A stretch of DNA of 64,000 nt from Lama guanicoe (lineage: Eukaryota): NCBI GenBank assembly GCA_013239625.1, contig MU053487.1:2687058-2751057 (forward strand), written 5' to 3'. Numbering within the stretch: the stretch's first letter is position 1; each line of letters starts with the position of its first letter. The position numbers and the translations under genes were made by a program. A model generated the notes under the pieces. It did no database searches. It was not told the DNA's origin and saw nothing but the letters and a program-made list of their open reading frames with translations. Below, piece by piece: positions 13,402 through 24,823 of the stretch.

Positions 13402-15240
13402 GTTTTTTTCTTTTTTTGCAGAAGCAATCAGGTTAAAATAACAGTGGTATTCTTAGCTCATGGAAATTGCTATTCTTAACTCATGGGAATAACAGTCAGA
13501 AGAGTGAAAACGCCAGAAGCGTGCTGTAGTCCAGGGTCCTGTGTGACTGGCCGTTGTCTCTAGAGAAGCCCACCATAGCCCAGGCCTGGGCTCTAAGGGT
13601 CACCCCTGCACCCTGAGGTGCCTGTTTACCTGTTGTGTGGCCCTGTTTACTATACACATGCTTTCTTAGGTCGCTTCTCACTTAATCAGGATTTTTCACT
13701 GTCCAATGGGCCAGCACAGTGTGGGTGTTTTTTGTTTGTTTTCTGTACTGGAAAGGGGCAGGCGGGGCACAGACCCTGGGCTTGGTGGCTGTGCTCCCAC
13801 AGTGGTTTTGCGTGGTTGCTGAGAACAGCTTCAGAGTGTTTCGCAAAGGCTGCTCATGTCCCTTTGTCAGAGGAGTTTGGCTTTTAGATGAAGAGCACTT
13901 TGTGCCAGGAGGGCTGGTCTTGGACAGAGGCTCGGTGTCTCTGGCGTGGGCTGTCCTGTCTGTGTCCTTAGATCTTTGAGGACTGTCTGTGAAAGGTCAT
14001 GCCAGGGGGTGGGCCAGCATTGAAGAACTGGATCTGAATATTCTGTCCAGTTCTGCCTGGGGCCCATGAAGAGCCAAAATTGCCCAAGGTGGAATCAGCC
14101 AACCCAGGTTTGGAAAGCCCAGAAAAATCTGTCCTGTGCATCCTGGCCCTGCTACAGTCACACCCCGTGCCATCCTTAGGCCCCTGGTTGGAGAAGCAGG
14201 ATTCCTGATACCCAGAATGCAGCTCCTCTTCCAGCAAGGCTGGGGTGGAGGTCAGGGAGCCTGATGGGCTGGAAGACAGACAGGGCTGGGGGATTGGGAG
14301 GCACAAAGGTCTGAGGCAAGCACGTTGGGAAGTTCAGGTGCTTAGCGGCTGAAGGACTGTGTCTGATGGTCTTGCGTCTCCACCCGGGCTGGTGTCTGAG
14401 TGCGGGCAGCAGTGGGTACACTCTCCGTCTGCGCAGCGTCATCACACACTGCACCTGGTGCAGGGCTGGTGTCGGGGGCACTGGGATGGGTGACCTCCCA
14501 TCTGTGTTGAGTAAACTGTGTGATGAACAAACACTTTCTGAGATGGGGAGAGGGTATCACTTACCTATACCTGCCAGGTCACCTGGGTGGAGAAACTGAG
14601 GCGGGTTCTAGAAGGCTGTGGCATGTGAAGACGTCTGATCCGGTCACACCACTTGAGCCTTCCTAGAGTTGCCACAACTGCCCCCCAAAGTGTGTGTGGT
14701 GGGATGGGTTGGGGACGGGGCACTGGATCCTGTCGCTAGTTGAAGGGGTTAATCATGGAGTCACAGAGGATTCTGGAAGGTCAGAACACAGCCTGTCCCC
14801 AAATCAGGAGTCATGGGTACTGGTCAGGAGCCCCTCATGGTTTGATTCCTTGCTCTTGAGCATCCTGGGAAGGCAGGTGGAGACCCTGGGGTTTCAGGGA
14901 TGTCGGAGACAGTGTGAGGTGCCTGCTTGCTGTGTATCTCTGGCCCACAGTGCTCTCTTCCAGCTTGGGAGCTGGGTGGGGCTGGCCTCGGAATGGTGCT
15001 GTGGTGCTGGCTGAGGTGGGGGTGCTGGCAGAGGGCTTCCCCTGCGGGCCTTTTGCGGGAGTGGCGAGCTCCCGGCTCTGAGGATGGCTGTGGCCACCAC
15101 AGGAACCCCGGGGCCTGCTCCTGGCTCAGAGCTCGCCAGCAGTTTGGGGATGAGCTGGAGAAAGACAAGTTTTCCTATTTTTGGAGTCCCTTTTGCAAAG
15201 GATACCTTGAGACTTTTCTTTACGTGTTTGTTGTTTTTAA

Positions 15241-15330
15241 TTAATTTTTTTAAGTAGCAGTGCTGGGGATGGAACCCAGGACCTCGTGTACGCTGAGCAC
15301 GTGCTCTGCCACTGAGCTGTACCCTCTCCC
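15241..15330 (-). mobile_element. vic-1-type tRNA-Ala-derived camelid SINE (diverged, short tail)
   Basis: The minus strand reads gggagagggtacagctcagtggcagagcac...gaggtcctgggttccatccccagca, with A- and B-box-like motifs. Confidence 0.8.
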
Positions 15331-16359
15331 TGAGTCTGTTGTCTTTAAAAGATGGAAGATTCCCACGTAATTCCTATTCATGTCCTAAATTTATGAGACT
15401 GAACTCATACATGCTGTACTGTAGTTTCCTTCAGCTCTTGGGGCCTGAGTTTCCTTCATACATTTCATTCATTCAAGACTTATAATGGGGTGTTTACCCC
15501 GGAGTCAGTGGGTGGAAATGCTTTTTGCCAGACCTTCCACATTTAATATAACTGTTCCAATTGGAACGTTTTGATTCTTCTTGCCATTGTGCTATTTAAT
15601 ATAGAATTTATTATTTTTATCATTTCTTGCCATCATACAACTTGATGCAGGAGCTCTTTATGACTTTGTATAAGCCCCGCTCCCGGCCCAAGTGCAAGAT
15701 TTTGCGGAGAAGAATCATGTTCTGTTGTCACTGGGTTTCTTTCTGGTAGGCCCGTGAGTTCTCTTTGTTATAACAGGACAACGCAAGAGGAACTGATTTA
15801 GCCCTCGCCTGAAAGAGGAGTAACCCCATTGACATTCTGTTGTAATTTAGCAGTTGGTTAATGGCCACTTACTGGAAAATGTTACCAGGCTCTGCGGTGA
15901 GTGTTGTTAGAAACTGAATTACTCTGTGTATTCCCCTAGGGTCCGCTCCCCCCTCCGCCCCCGCTTCTCCTCCAGGACACACTCTGGGCCACAGGAAGTG
16001 GCGCTGTGTTGCAATCACAGCTTCATTGTTCCTTTATATTATTTATTTTGTGTTTCAGAATTGAGTATATTGCGTTTAATGGGGCCAGAGACTTGTCAAG
16101 GGCCCAGGTGGTGACATGGCAGTCACTGGGTTATTTTACGGGGTAGCCCTGACCTGAAGGTGCCCAGGGACAGCCATGAGCTGGTGTTCAACAGTGTCAG
16201 TTTCACATGTCATTAGAGTCACTGAAACTGCACATCTCTCCATCTCTGTGTTTACCGGTGTTATTATTTCAAATAGTTGTTCACCTCCTAGGTTTTATAT
16301 AGTCACTCACTTTGCAAAACCTTTGATGGGCCACAGAGGCAAAAGAATGTGAATTTCTG

Positions 16360-16545
16360 AGCCTGCTGAACTTGGATAGAATTCTGGCTTTGTCATGTAC
16401 TAGCTGTGTGACCTTGGACGATTCACTTAACCTCTCTGAGCCTCAGGAGTTTTACGTGTTGACAAATGGCAACATGGGCTCCCAGGGGTGAGGGATTGAT
16501 GAAATGGTGAATGGGCATGGTTGCCACAGTGCCCGGAACTCGTTG
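16360..16545 (+). mobile_element. MIR SINE
   Basis: tactagctgtgtgaccttggac...cacttaacctctctgagcctcag, the canonical MIR core. Confidence 0.75.
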
Positions 16546-17283
16546 AACTTAAAATGCCAACCTAAAAATGAGACAGCAGCCACCGAATGCCCCGTTGTGT
16601 TGAGTTGGCATGTTGGGAACTGAGGGGATGAATGGTGGAGGAAGAAAACTTATCCATTTGTTTTCTTTTGACCTGGAGAGATCTCCTTTTCTCCTTCCAC
16701 ACGAGGAAGACAGGGGTGTCAGTGCCAGTATCGCATTGTGTGCTGGGGCCTGTCTGGTGGAGCACCGCCCCCTCCGTTTTCCTGCAGCCCCGGGGCTCCA
16801 AGGGCTGGTTTCTGGTTGCACGGTAGAGAATGCATTGCCTCTAGCTGCATGGAGTGTCTTCTGGGGAGGCTTGGTCGTCTTCCAGGGGACTCCACACTGG
16901 GCTGGCCACATCAGTCCGTCTCTGGGGCATGTTTTCAGCCCCTTCTTCCTACTGGGGCTCCCCGTCCTTTCTGCAGTGAATGAAATAATTGTCAACAGCC
17001 TCCCACTTAATTACCATGGTTTACTGCTCTTCTTTCCCCACATGCCCAGAGGAAGTCCACCAGGGCACTTGGCAGCCTCTCTACCTGATGGCACTGGAGC
17101 CTGGATTTTTGAGGTCGGGTGGATTCCTGAGACTTTCCTTCTGCGCCCCAGTCTGGACGGCGTCCCTGGGCCGGGCCCGCAGCCGCACCCGGGGACGTGG
17201 CCAGCACGCTCGGCCGCTCCACACACGACTGGCACACACTGACGCGGCTGTGGTTTCTTCTCTTCCCTTCCCTCCCCCTCTAG

Positions 17284-17351
17284 AGTATAAGAAGAAGTAC
17301 GGAGAAGAGCACGGCTCCTGCCAGGCGGGGATAGCAGGCGTCTTCACCGAG
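17284..17351 (+). CDS. ITGA9: ITGA9 exon 5 ((E)YKKKYGEEHGSCQAGIAGVFTE)
   Basis: Long pyrimidine tract plus ctctag acceptor; GAG|gtgggt donor; 68 nt, phase 1 to 0. Confidence 0.96.
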
Positions 17352-18182
17352 GTGGGTGTCACCGTTGGGCCCTCTCTTCTCTCGTTGGTGCTCATTTCCT
17401 TGCTGATGGTGACTGGGGAGCCCTTACAGGCGCGTCTTCTGATGCCCCCACATACCTGAATGGGGAGTGGATTCTGGTCCTCACATCCAGGGAAGGATGT
17501 TGAAACTGGTGGGGTCACCTGCTGTCCAGAGACCGCTGGGCAGAGGGGATGGGCTGGCTCTTTCGGAGGGAACCCCTTTCGGGACCATTTCACCGGGAGT
17601 CAGCTTGACTCTGAGGCCAGTGGAAGGAAGTGATTAAAGAGGCAGTGCAAGTGAGACAGTGCTCAGGGGAGTTTGTGTCTCCGTGCTGGCAGGCATGGAG
17701 ATACGTTAAGCGTCTGAGCATCACCTCTGAGCATGCCTTCTCCTTATGGTGGAGAGACTTGATTTTATGCACAACTTCATCCATCCCCCTTCCCAGATTC
17801 TGAAGGACTGTGGACTTGAATGCTTATGTACCTATGCAGTCGGACCATGACCTGTGGCCAGTGGCACATTTTTAGGGACTGTTTTCTCATGTGATTCTTC
17901 CCCACTATAAGTTTACCCTTCCTATCAACTCCCTGTTTCTCAAACACTTTTTTGATTTTATGTCATGTGCAAAGTTCCATGCCATGCTTTGTAAGTGGCC
18001 CCATCATCTATCTAGCTGCTCAGGCCAAAACAGAAAGGTCATTTTTGCTTCACCTCTAATCCTGGTGTTTTAACCTCCAAAGCATATCCCGAATATGACA
18101 GCTGTAATCACCGCCATCATCACCCCACCGGAAGAGCCACTGTTACTGCCTGGAGATACACTGGCCCTGTGTCCATTCTTTC

Positions 18183-18325
18183 TTTTATTGTAGTAAAATT
18201 CACATATAAAGTTCACCATTTTAACCATTTTGAAGCAAACAAGTCAGTGGTATTTGCTACATTCACAGTGTCGTGCAGTCATCACCTGCCTCTAGTGTCA
18301 GGACATCTTCATCACCTCAAGCAGC
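18183..18325 (-). mobile_element. L1 (L1MA/MB-type) 3' end fragment, apparently inside an L2 remnant (about 17990-18480)
   Basis: ttttattgtagtaaaattcacatataaagttcaccattttaaccatttt...cagtggtattt...acattcacagtgt. Confidence 0.65.
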
Positions 18326-18624
18326 ATCCTTTCTCAGCCTTCACCCTGTGTCATCTGCACAGCAGCCTGAGGAATCTTTAAGGGTCAAACACTGTCATTT
18401 TGACTGCATGGCTTCCCATCACCTGGTAGATTAAAGTCCACACTGTGTCCCGGCCCAAGCATGTGACTTTTTCCTTCACTTGCTCCAGGACAGCCCAGAG
18501 CTGTAGGAGGGGACAAGACAGCGAGGGAGAGAAAGGGCCTATGGCACCACTGGTTTTGGTTGCTCCTGGAACAGCCCGGACCGTCACCAGCAGCTCTGTA
18601 ACAGAGGTCCCCACGGGTGACATT

Positions 18625-19370
18625 TGGTGCACAAATGCATGCTACTTTAGATGAGACTCATAGAGGAATCCCTCAGTCGAAAGCTGTCCAAACTTTGAAT
18701 TTTGACACACGCTGGCCAATTGCACTCCAGAAATGGTTACCAGTCAGCAGCTCCTCCGGCTATGTGTCATTGTCTGTCCTGGTACCCTCTCACCAGCACT
18801 TAAAATTTTTGTCTTAAAAAAAAAAAGATCTCATTTTGTTTTAATGGCCCTTTACCTAATTATTAGTGCTGTTCGGTCTCCTCTTCAAGTATTGGCCATT
18901 TGTATTTATTTTTCTGGAAATTGCTCATTTATGTTGTTAATCTACTGTTGTTCTTTTTTAAATTGTTTTACTGACTTCCAGGAACTTGTATGTTCAACAC
19001 TAATCTCTTATCTCTTGTATGTTTTCTTTTTCCCACCAGTTTTTACTTTTTTTTGAAGTTTGTTTATGGTGTCTTTACTGACATTGAACGTTCCTGTGTA
19101 GTCAAATCTATCAGTCTTTTTCTTTCTGGATTCTAGACCTCTCTCTTAGGAAGGTCCTCCCCATCCTAAGAATATGAAATAGCCACCTATGTTTAGTTCT
19201 GCCACCTTTATAATGAGGTGTATATTTTTAATCTGTTTTGGATTTATGTTTGCAAACGTTGTATGATGGAGGTGAGCGGCACTGTTTTCCTAAATGTATA
19301 GTTGACTGTTCTGATACTGGTGTGTTAAATGTTTTCCTGTCCCCGTTGATTTGAAATACCATCCTGCCAT
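18625..19370 (-). mobile_element. Old L1M fragment
   Basis: T-rich stretch with ctcaccagcact, ctcattttgttttaat, ttggccatttgtatt and tagtcaaatctatcagtctttt, typical of antisense L1ME. Confidence 0.6.
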
Positions 19371-19449
19371 AGGCCACGTTTGGTCAGCTTCCACCTCCGT
19401 AAGCATTTAGATTGTGTACGTTCTGTGGCTCCTGTTCCTCCCGGGAGGT

Positions 19450-19880
19450 CCAGTACGTTGTGACTCAGCCCTGGAGGCAGCTGGGAACCATTGTAAGTTC
19501 ACACGCAGGTGACAGACACAGCCATGGCAGTGCTCTGAGAGAGGCTGGGCTGGTGTACCCGGGCGTTTGGAAGCAGGAGAGCCTGGAGGGAGGCCAGGTA
19601 GAGGCTGTGATGTAGTCCAGCCACAAAATGACAGGACAGGCTAGCGGGATGCTTTAGGAATAAAAATGATGGGGGGAGTCTGAGAGGATGATGGCAGGAT
19701 CAGTGGGCTGAGTGGCCAGGGGACTGTAGGGTAGAGGAAGGAGGTTTTGTGCCAGGGTTCTGGGGAATGGGGTACCCGTGGAAAGGCCGCTGCCTGTGGA
19801 AGAATCCCCTGGAAGAGGTCAGCCGATGGGTCTGCCTTAGACGTGTGCAGTGTGAGCTCATGGCATGGGGTTCTCACATA
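19450..19880 (-). mobile_element. L2 fragment (antisense)
   Basis: gggaaccattg...ggaggccaggtagaggctgtg...tagtccag...atgacagg, a purine-rich L2-like pattern. Confidence 0.45.
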
Positions 19881-22800
19881 TATGTTTTAGGAACCCAGCC
19901 TCATTTTGGCCAGTGCCGGCAAGTCTCTGGCTGGACTAGATGTGTTCTGCATGGGGCCTGGATTGGGGGTGGGTGGACAGAAGCCTCCTTTAGATAATGG
20001 GGGGAGAAACTGAGTTCACTGCAGAAATGAGAACTCATCTGAGGTGTCGAGGGAGAGCTGAGGACGAGGAAGAGTTCCCGGGGAGGAGGTGTGTCCAGCC
20101 AGCCAGTCGGGGGAGACGAGGGCCTGGGGGCTGGGTGGGAGGGGGGCCTGGCTGGAGGAGCGGGAAGGGCAGGGGTGTGGGGTGCAGGGGGGTGGCGGCG
20201 GCAGTGACAGACCCGGCCACGCTGTCTCCTGGCCTCTCTGGGCTTTGGCCTCTGCCTCAGTTCCCAGGCTTCTGGCCTCCCTAAATCGGAGGTCTTTGAA
20301 CTCGCTGCCTCCTTCATTTCTGGAACTTCAGCTGTTGGAGGCCAAGCAGGAAATGTGGTTAAAGGGGTCAGGCAGCACTGGGCGCCCCTCTTCTGCCTCC
20401 CGCTGACCTTGTCACTTGGGCTTGCCTTTGCTGTGAGCTTGGCTGTCCCTGTCCAGGGCAGGCAGCTGCCTCCTGAGCTGGCCGTGCTCCTGTGGCCGCC
20501 TGGTCATGGCCATGTTGTTCCAGAATACTTTGGCCCAGGGTGCCTGCTTGACCTGAAGGTCAGTGACCATGGGGTTATCACAGCTGTTTGAGTCATGGAC
20601 ACCACATGAATTTCAGCCCAGTGTTGAGGACAAGGGAGAACTTTCCGGGAACTTGATTTATTTCTTCTGCAGCCTAGGACAATAGAGGTAGATCCTTCTA
20701 AGCATCCAGGGAAGGCCTGGCCCAACCTTGCCAGCGTCGGGGCAGCCCCTTGGCAGCCTGCGGACGTCTGGGTGGAAGTCTGTTGGGCACAGGCTTCTGT
20801 CACAGATCCCAAGACTCTTCTGCCCCCCGGCTTGTGCTGACTTGCAGGGCACAGAGAAAAGCCCATGGCTGCTCTCAGGAAACCCCAGTTACCCGTGTAC
20901 CTCGGGAGGTTCTGCATGTAGGGGAAAGGGCCACACTGGTTTCTGACGGGATTCCGCCCCCGTGATTTAGGCAGTGGTGGCCCTGGGCTTTTGGAGAAGC
21001 TTGCACTTCTGCTTGTTAATTTGCATTGGCTGTTCCTGGGTGGCGGGGAGCCCAGCATTGATCACGTTTTCCAGCGCTTGTGGACAGCAGTGAAATGACC
21101 CAGGCTGCACACACCTCGCATGGAAAAAGCCAAATAGGAGGGAGTTCCAAGAAGGTGCTGTTCCCCTGCCCCCAGCCCTGAGGGTCTCAGGCCAGGCCTC
21201 TGTTTATCTATTTTGAACTGCAGGGAGAAGGGAGCATGTACCAGAAGAGGTGAGGGGGAGAAATCCCAAAGCTGTTGGCTTTAAAGGTTTTTGAGGAGAG
21301 CGATGACCCTGTCTTACCATCTTTGTAATGTTTGAGAGAGGAGAGATATGTGAGACGTACATTTCTCAACCTTTATCTTAGATTAACCTAAATCATCAGG
21401 AAGCAGCAGGTCCGCTGCCTGGTGTCCTGAAGGACCTCACAGGCCGCTGCGATGCTCAGAGCTTTGGCCCAGGAAGGGCTGCCGGTGGAGGAAGCTCTAC
21501 GCTATGTGTGCAGCTGACACTGAGGAGAACGCTCCTTATGTCCTGTGACCTTCATGTTTAGGCACTGATGACAGATTCCTTTCTGAGCTCGAGGCCAGGG
21601 AAGAAGTCTGTGCTCGGTGATCACTGGTCTTTCTCACTCCCTGTCTAGAACTAGCATGGTTCCTTGCATAGAACAGATCAGTGTAAGGGGAGTGAGTGTG
21701 TGAATGCCTTGCCCGTGTTTTTCCCTGTGATGTGTCCTGAGTGCAGAAAGTGATACATTTTTATAAAACAGTGAGAAACCTCCGCCAGTACCTGGTTTCT
21801 CATCAGTGACGTCCTCAGAGGTGGACAGGATCTCAGAACCTTAAAGCGACATGCTTCTCAGCGTCGTTCGTGGTCCATAGCTTCCTGAATAACCAAGAGC
21901 AACCCCTTCAGGCAGGAGTCTGGTGGCTTTTCTTCCATCCGTGCTCACACTCTCCTCTTGGTGAAGGTTCTTCTGTGGATGGACCTCAGAATACGGGTTG
22001 TTCAGAGCGCTGTCCTGACGCTGCCGCTGTCACACGGGTGCTGTCCCACCTGCATGCTCTGTCCTCTCTCTGCTGGTCTTTTTACAGGGCTCTGGCTTTT
22101 TCAGACATTGGCTCCCCGGGAATCAGTGTGGCTTTATGAACTGTCATCAGAAACCTGAAGTGCTTGGGGCAGGATCTCGCCTCCAGGGACTTGTTGGAAG
22201 CCAGCAGCTTATGCCAGTGGTGAGGCCAGCTGTGCAGAGAGGGGCCAGCCTGGAAGGGTGCTTCTGACACATGACAGCGTGGGGACGCTAAGGCAAAGAG
22301 AGGGAGGGTGTGTTTCAGCAGTGAGAGACACGACCTACAGTGTCCGTCATCTCCAGGAGCCCAGCTGGCCTGTGCCTTTGGGGTTTTTGTACAGCTGAGG
22401 GGTTTCCTCTAACATTATCTTTTTTTAAATCCTTTTGGATAGACAGATTTGTTTTCTATAATATTTTGAACATTTCCATGTTGCCTTACCCTGGGAATGT
22501 CATACAGAGGGACTTAATTGATTTGTGCGTCTAGTACAAGCTTTTGTACATAGTGGTAGATGCTTAATAGGTGCTGCCAAGTGAAAAAATAATGGTTTTG
22601 TTAGAAAAGTAATTTTTAGTATTTTTTTATTGCCTACTTTAGAAAGTACCTACTTTAGAAAATACAATCAAAGAGAAGGGATTTCCTGTTGGGGAAGGAC
22701 ATCAGGCAGAGAGAAAGCCTCACCCCAGGACATCCAGTGTCTGCAGGGATGCAGCGCACGCCCGCCTTCCCCTCAGCCCGTCACCGTCTCCACACAGTGT

Positions 22801-22939
22801 GGTCTCCGTCTGGGTCCTTGTACGTTGTCATCCCGGGAGCTCACCTTGCATTTTCTTTTTTTTTTTTCCAATAATTTTTTTGTTTTTTAATTTATTTAAT
22901 TTGAGGGGTAATTAGATTTATTTATTTATTTATTTATAA

Positions 22940-23134
22940 ATTTTATTTTATTGAGTTATAGTCAGTTTACAATGTTGTGTCAAATTCCAGTGTAGAGCAC
23001 AATTTTTCAGTTACACAGGATCATACATACATTCATTGTTGCATACTTTTTCACTGTGAGCTACCACAAGATCTTGTATACCTTTCTGTGCGCTATACAG
23101 TATAATCTTGTTTATCTATTCTATGTATAACTGT
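22940..23134 (-). mobile_element. Lineage-specific L1 3' UTR end (5'-truncated)
   Basis: The minus strand ends ...gacacaacattgtaaactgactataactcaataaaataaaa, homologous to the L1 end near 34500. Confidence 0.75.
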
Positions 23135-23146
23135 AGAGAGAGAGAG

Positions 23147-23183
<37 letters not shown>

Positions 23184-23208
23184 TACATACATACACACAC
23201 ACACACAC
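23135..23208. repeat. Compound microsatellite (AG)n(AT)n(AC)n
   Basis: Read directly from the sequence. Confidence 0.95.
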
Positions 23209-23575
23209 GGATACAAATTTCTGTTTATTTATTTTTAAGGGAGGTACTGGGGATTGAGCCCGGGACCTTGTGAATGCCAAGCACACACTCTACCACTGAG
23301 CTATGCCCTCCCATGACCCGTTGCATTTTCAGAGATGACCTCCTTGTTACTATTTAATTGCTGTTCTAGAATTTTGAAAAACACAAAATAAACTTTAGGG
23401 ATAAAGAGAGAAAGAGGGGGAAAAAGGATTCTTGGAATCCTATCACCTAGTGGGAAAAACTATAAATGTTTCGGGGCTGATCCTTCTGATATTTGTCCAT
23501 TTGTCTGTCTGTATACATTTTTTTTCTTCTATGAAACACAGTCATAGCACACATACTACTTGGCATATCCTTTTT

Positions 23576-23689
23576 GTTTTGTTTTGTTTTCATATTCTTT
23601 TCAACCATAAGTTACCGATACTGAATATAGTTCCCTGTGCTATGCAGTATAGACTTGTTTATTTTATATGTATTATTAGTGTCTGCAAA
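23576..23689 (-). mobile_element. 114-bp L1 3'UTR-derived insertion with perfect 16-bp TSD
   Basis: ttggcatatccttttt at 23560-23575 and 23690-23705; the insert contains atagttccctgtgcta, shared with the L1 3'UTR near 34390. Confidence 0.85.
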
Positions 23690-24169
23690 TTGGCATATCC
23701 TTTTTAACTCCATGGCACTTGGCCATTGTGTCTCAGTGCCATTAGATCTGCCACGGTATGTTTAATGCTGCAGGATTCTGCTGAATGGATGCCCATGATT
23801 GAGAATCCCTGTTGTTAGGCAGTCAGGTCATTTCCAGCTTGGTGAGCACGGTTACGGTGCCTCTTCTTGCGGGCAGAACCGTGCAGGTATTCTTCCCGAC
23901 TCCCTTAGTCGGGGGTTCATTTTTGAGCACCTTGAGTTACGTCAGCATCAGCCACTGGGCAGCTGTGCAGCACAGACGTGCTCTCAGGCTTGTTGAGGGC
24001 GAGGCTCATTTGCCCCGACTCTATAAATGCTGACGTCAGTGGTGTCTTTGTGCGTTCCTGGGTCTTTTTTTTTAAGGTGAGTTTTTTTTTTTTTAATCGA
24101 ATGAAAGGGTCTTTAAGTTCTATAATGCTTTATAATTTTCAGATATTTCGCACACATGAGTTCATGTAA

Positions 24170-24540
24170 TCCCATAATAACCCTTTTTTCCTCCCACTTC
24201 CCCTATGTTGCCCCTCCTCTTTCCCTCTCCCTACTGGTAACCGCTAGTTTGTTCTCTGTATCTGTGAGTCTGTTTCTTTGTTTTACTCACTAGTTGGTTG
24301 TATTTTTTAGATTCCATGTATAAGTGATACCATACAGTATTTGTCTTTGTCTGACTTATTTCACTTAACGTAATCCCCTCCAAGTTCATCTATGTTGCTG
24401 CAAATGACAAGATTTCATTCTTTTTTATGGCTGAGTAGTATTCCATTGTGTATATATACACACCATATCTTCCTTATCCAGTCATCTGTTGATGGACACT
24501 TAGGTTTCTTCCATATTGTGGCTATTGTAAATAATATGAA
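24170..24540 (-). mobile_element. L1 3' region fragment (cetartiodactyl/laurasiatherian type)
   Basis: ctggtaaccgctagtttgttctctgtatctgtgagtctg...atggctgagtagtattccattgtg...gttgatggacacttagg. Confidence 0.85.
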
Positions 24541-24693
24541 AATGAAAATTTTTTTTTTATGGCTCAGGTGAAGACCATCCTTGGTGCAGCATCTTTAACT
24601 ACGAATTCTTTGTCGTGATTGTGGGTCTCACCACACTGCCCACTTCTCTCGTCAGCTGCCTTCCCTGTTTACCTTTGGGTTTCTCTTCCATAG

Positions 24694-24823
24694 GAGCTGG
24701 TGGTGATGGGTGCCCCAGGGTCATTCTATTGGGCTGGGACGGTCAAAGTGCTGAACCTTACGGACAACACCTATTTCAAACTGAATGATGAAGTGATCAT
24801 GAACAGGCGGTACACGTACCTGG
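24694..24823 (+). CDS. ITGA9: ITGA9 exon 6 (ELVVMGAPGSFYWAGTVKVLNLTDNTYFKLNDEVIMNRRYTYL)
   Basis: ttccatag acceptor; CTGG|gtgagt donor; 130 nt; GAP motif and NLT sequon. Confidence 0.96.

Larger units (their letters stand above)
22856..23312 (-). mobile_element. vic-1-type SINE split by a nested L1 3' fragment and a microsatellite
   Basis: tRNA-like head at about 23236-23312; tail motif ggggtaattagatttattt at about 22906-22937; TSD ttgcattttc at 22846-22855 and 23321-23330. Confidence 0.8.

Noticed and set aside
16198..16230. 8-bp inverted repeat cagtttca/tgaaactg
   Set aside because: A stem this short with a 17-nt loop is expected by chance.
16549..17593. Stack of overlapping 148-210 aa ORFs around exon 5
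   Set aside because: GC-rich sequence is poor in stop codons; only the 68-nt exon 5 segment is recognisable protein.
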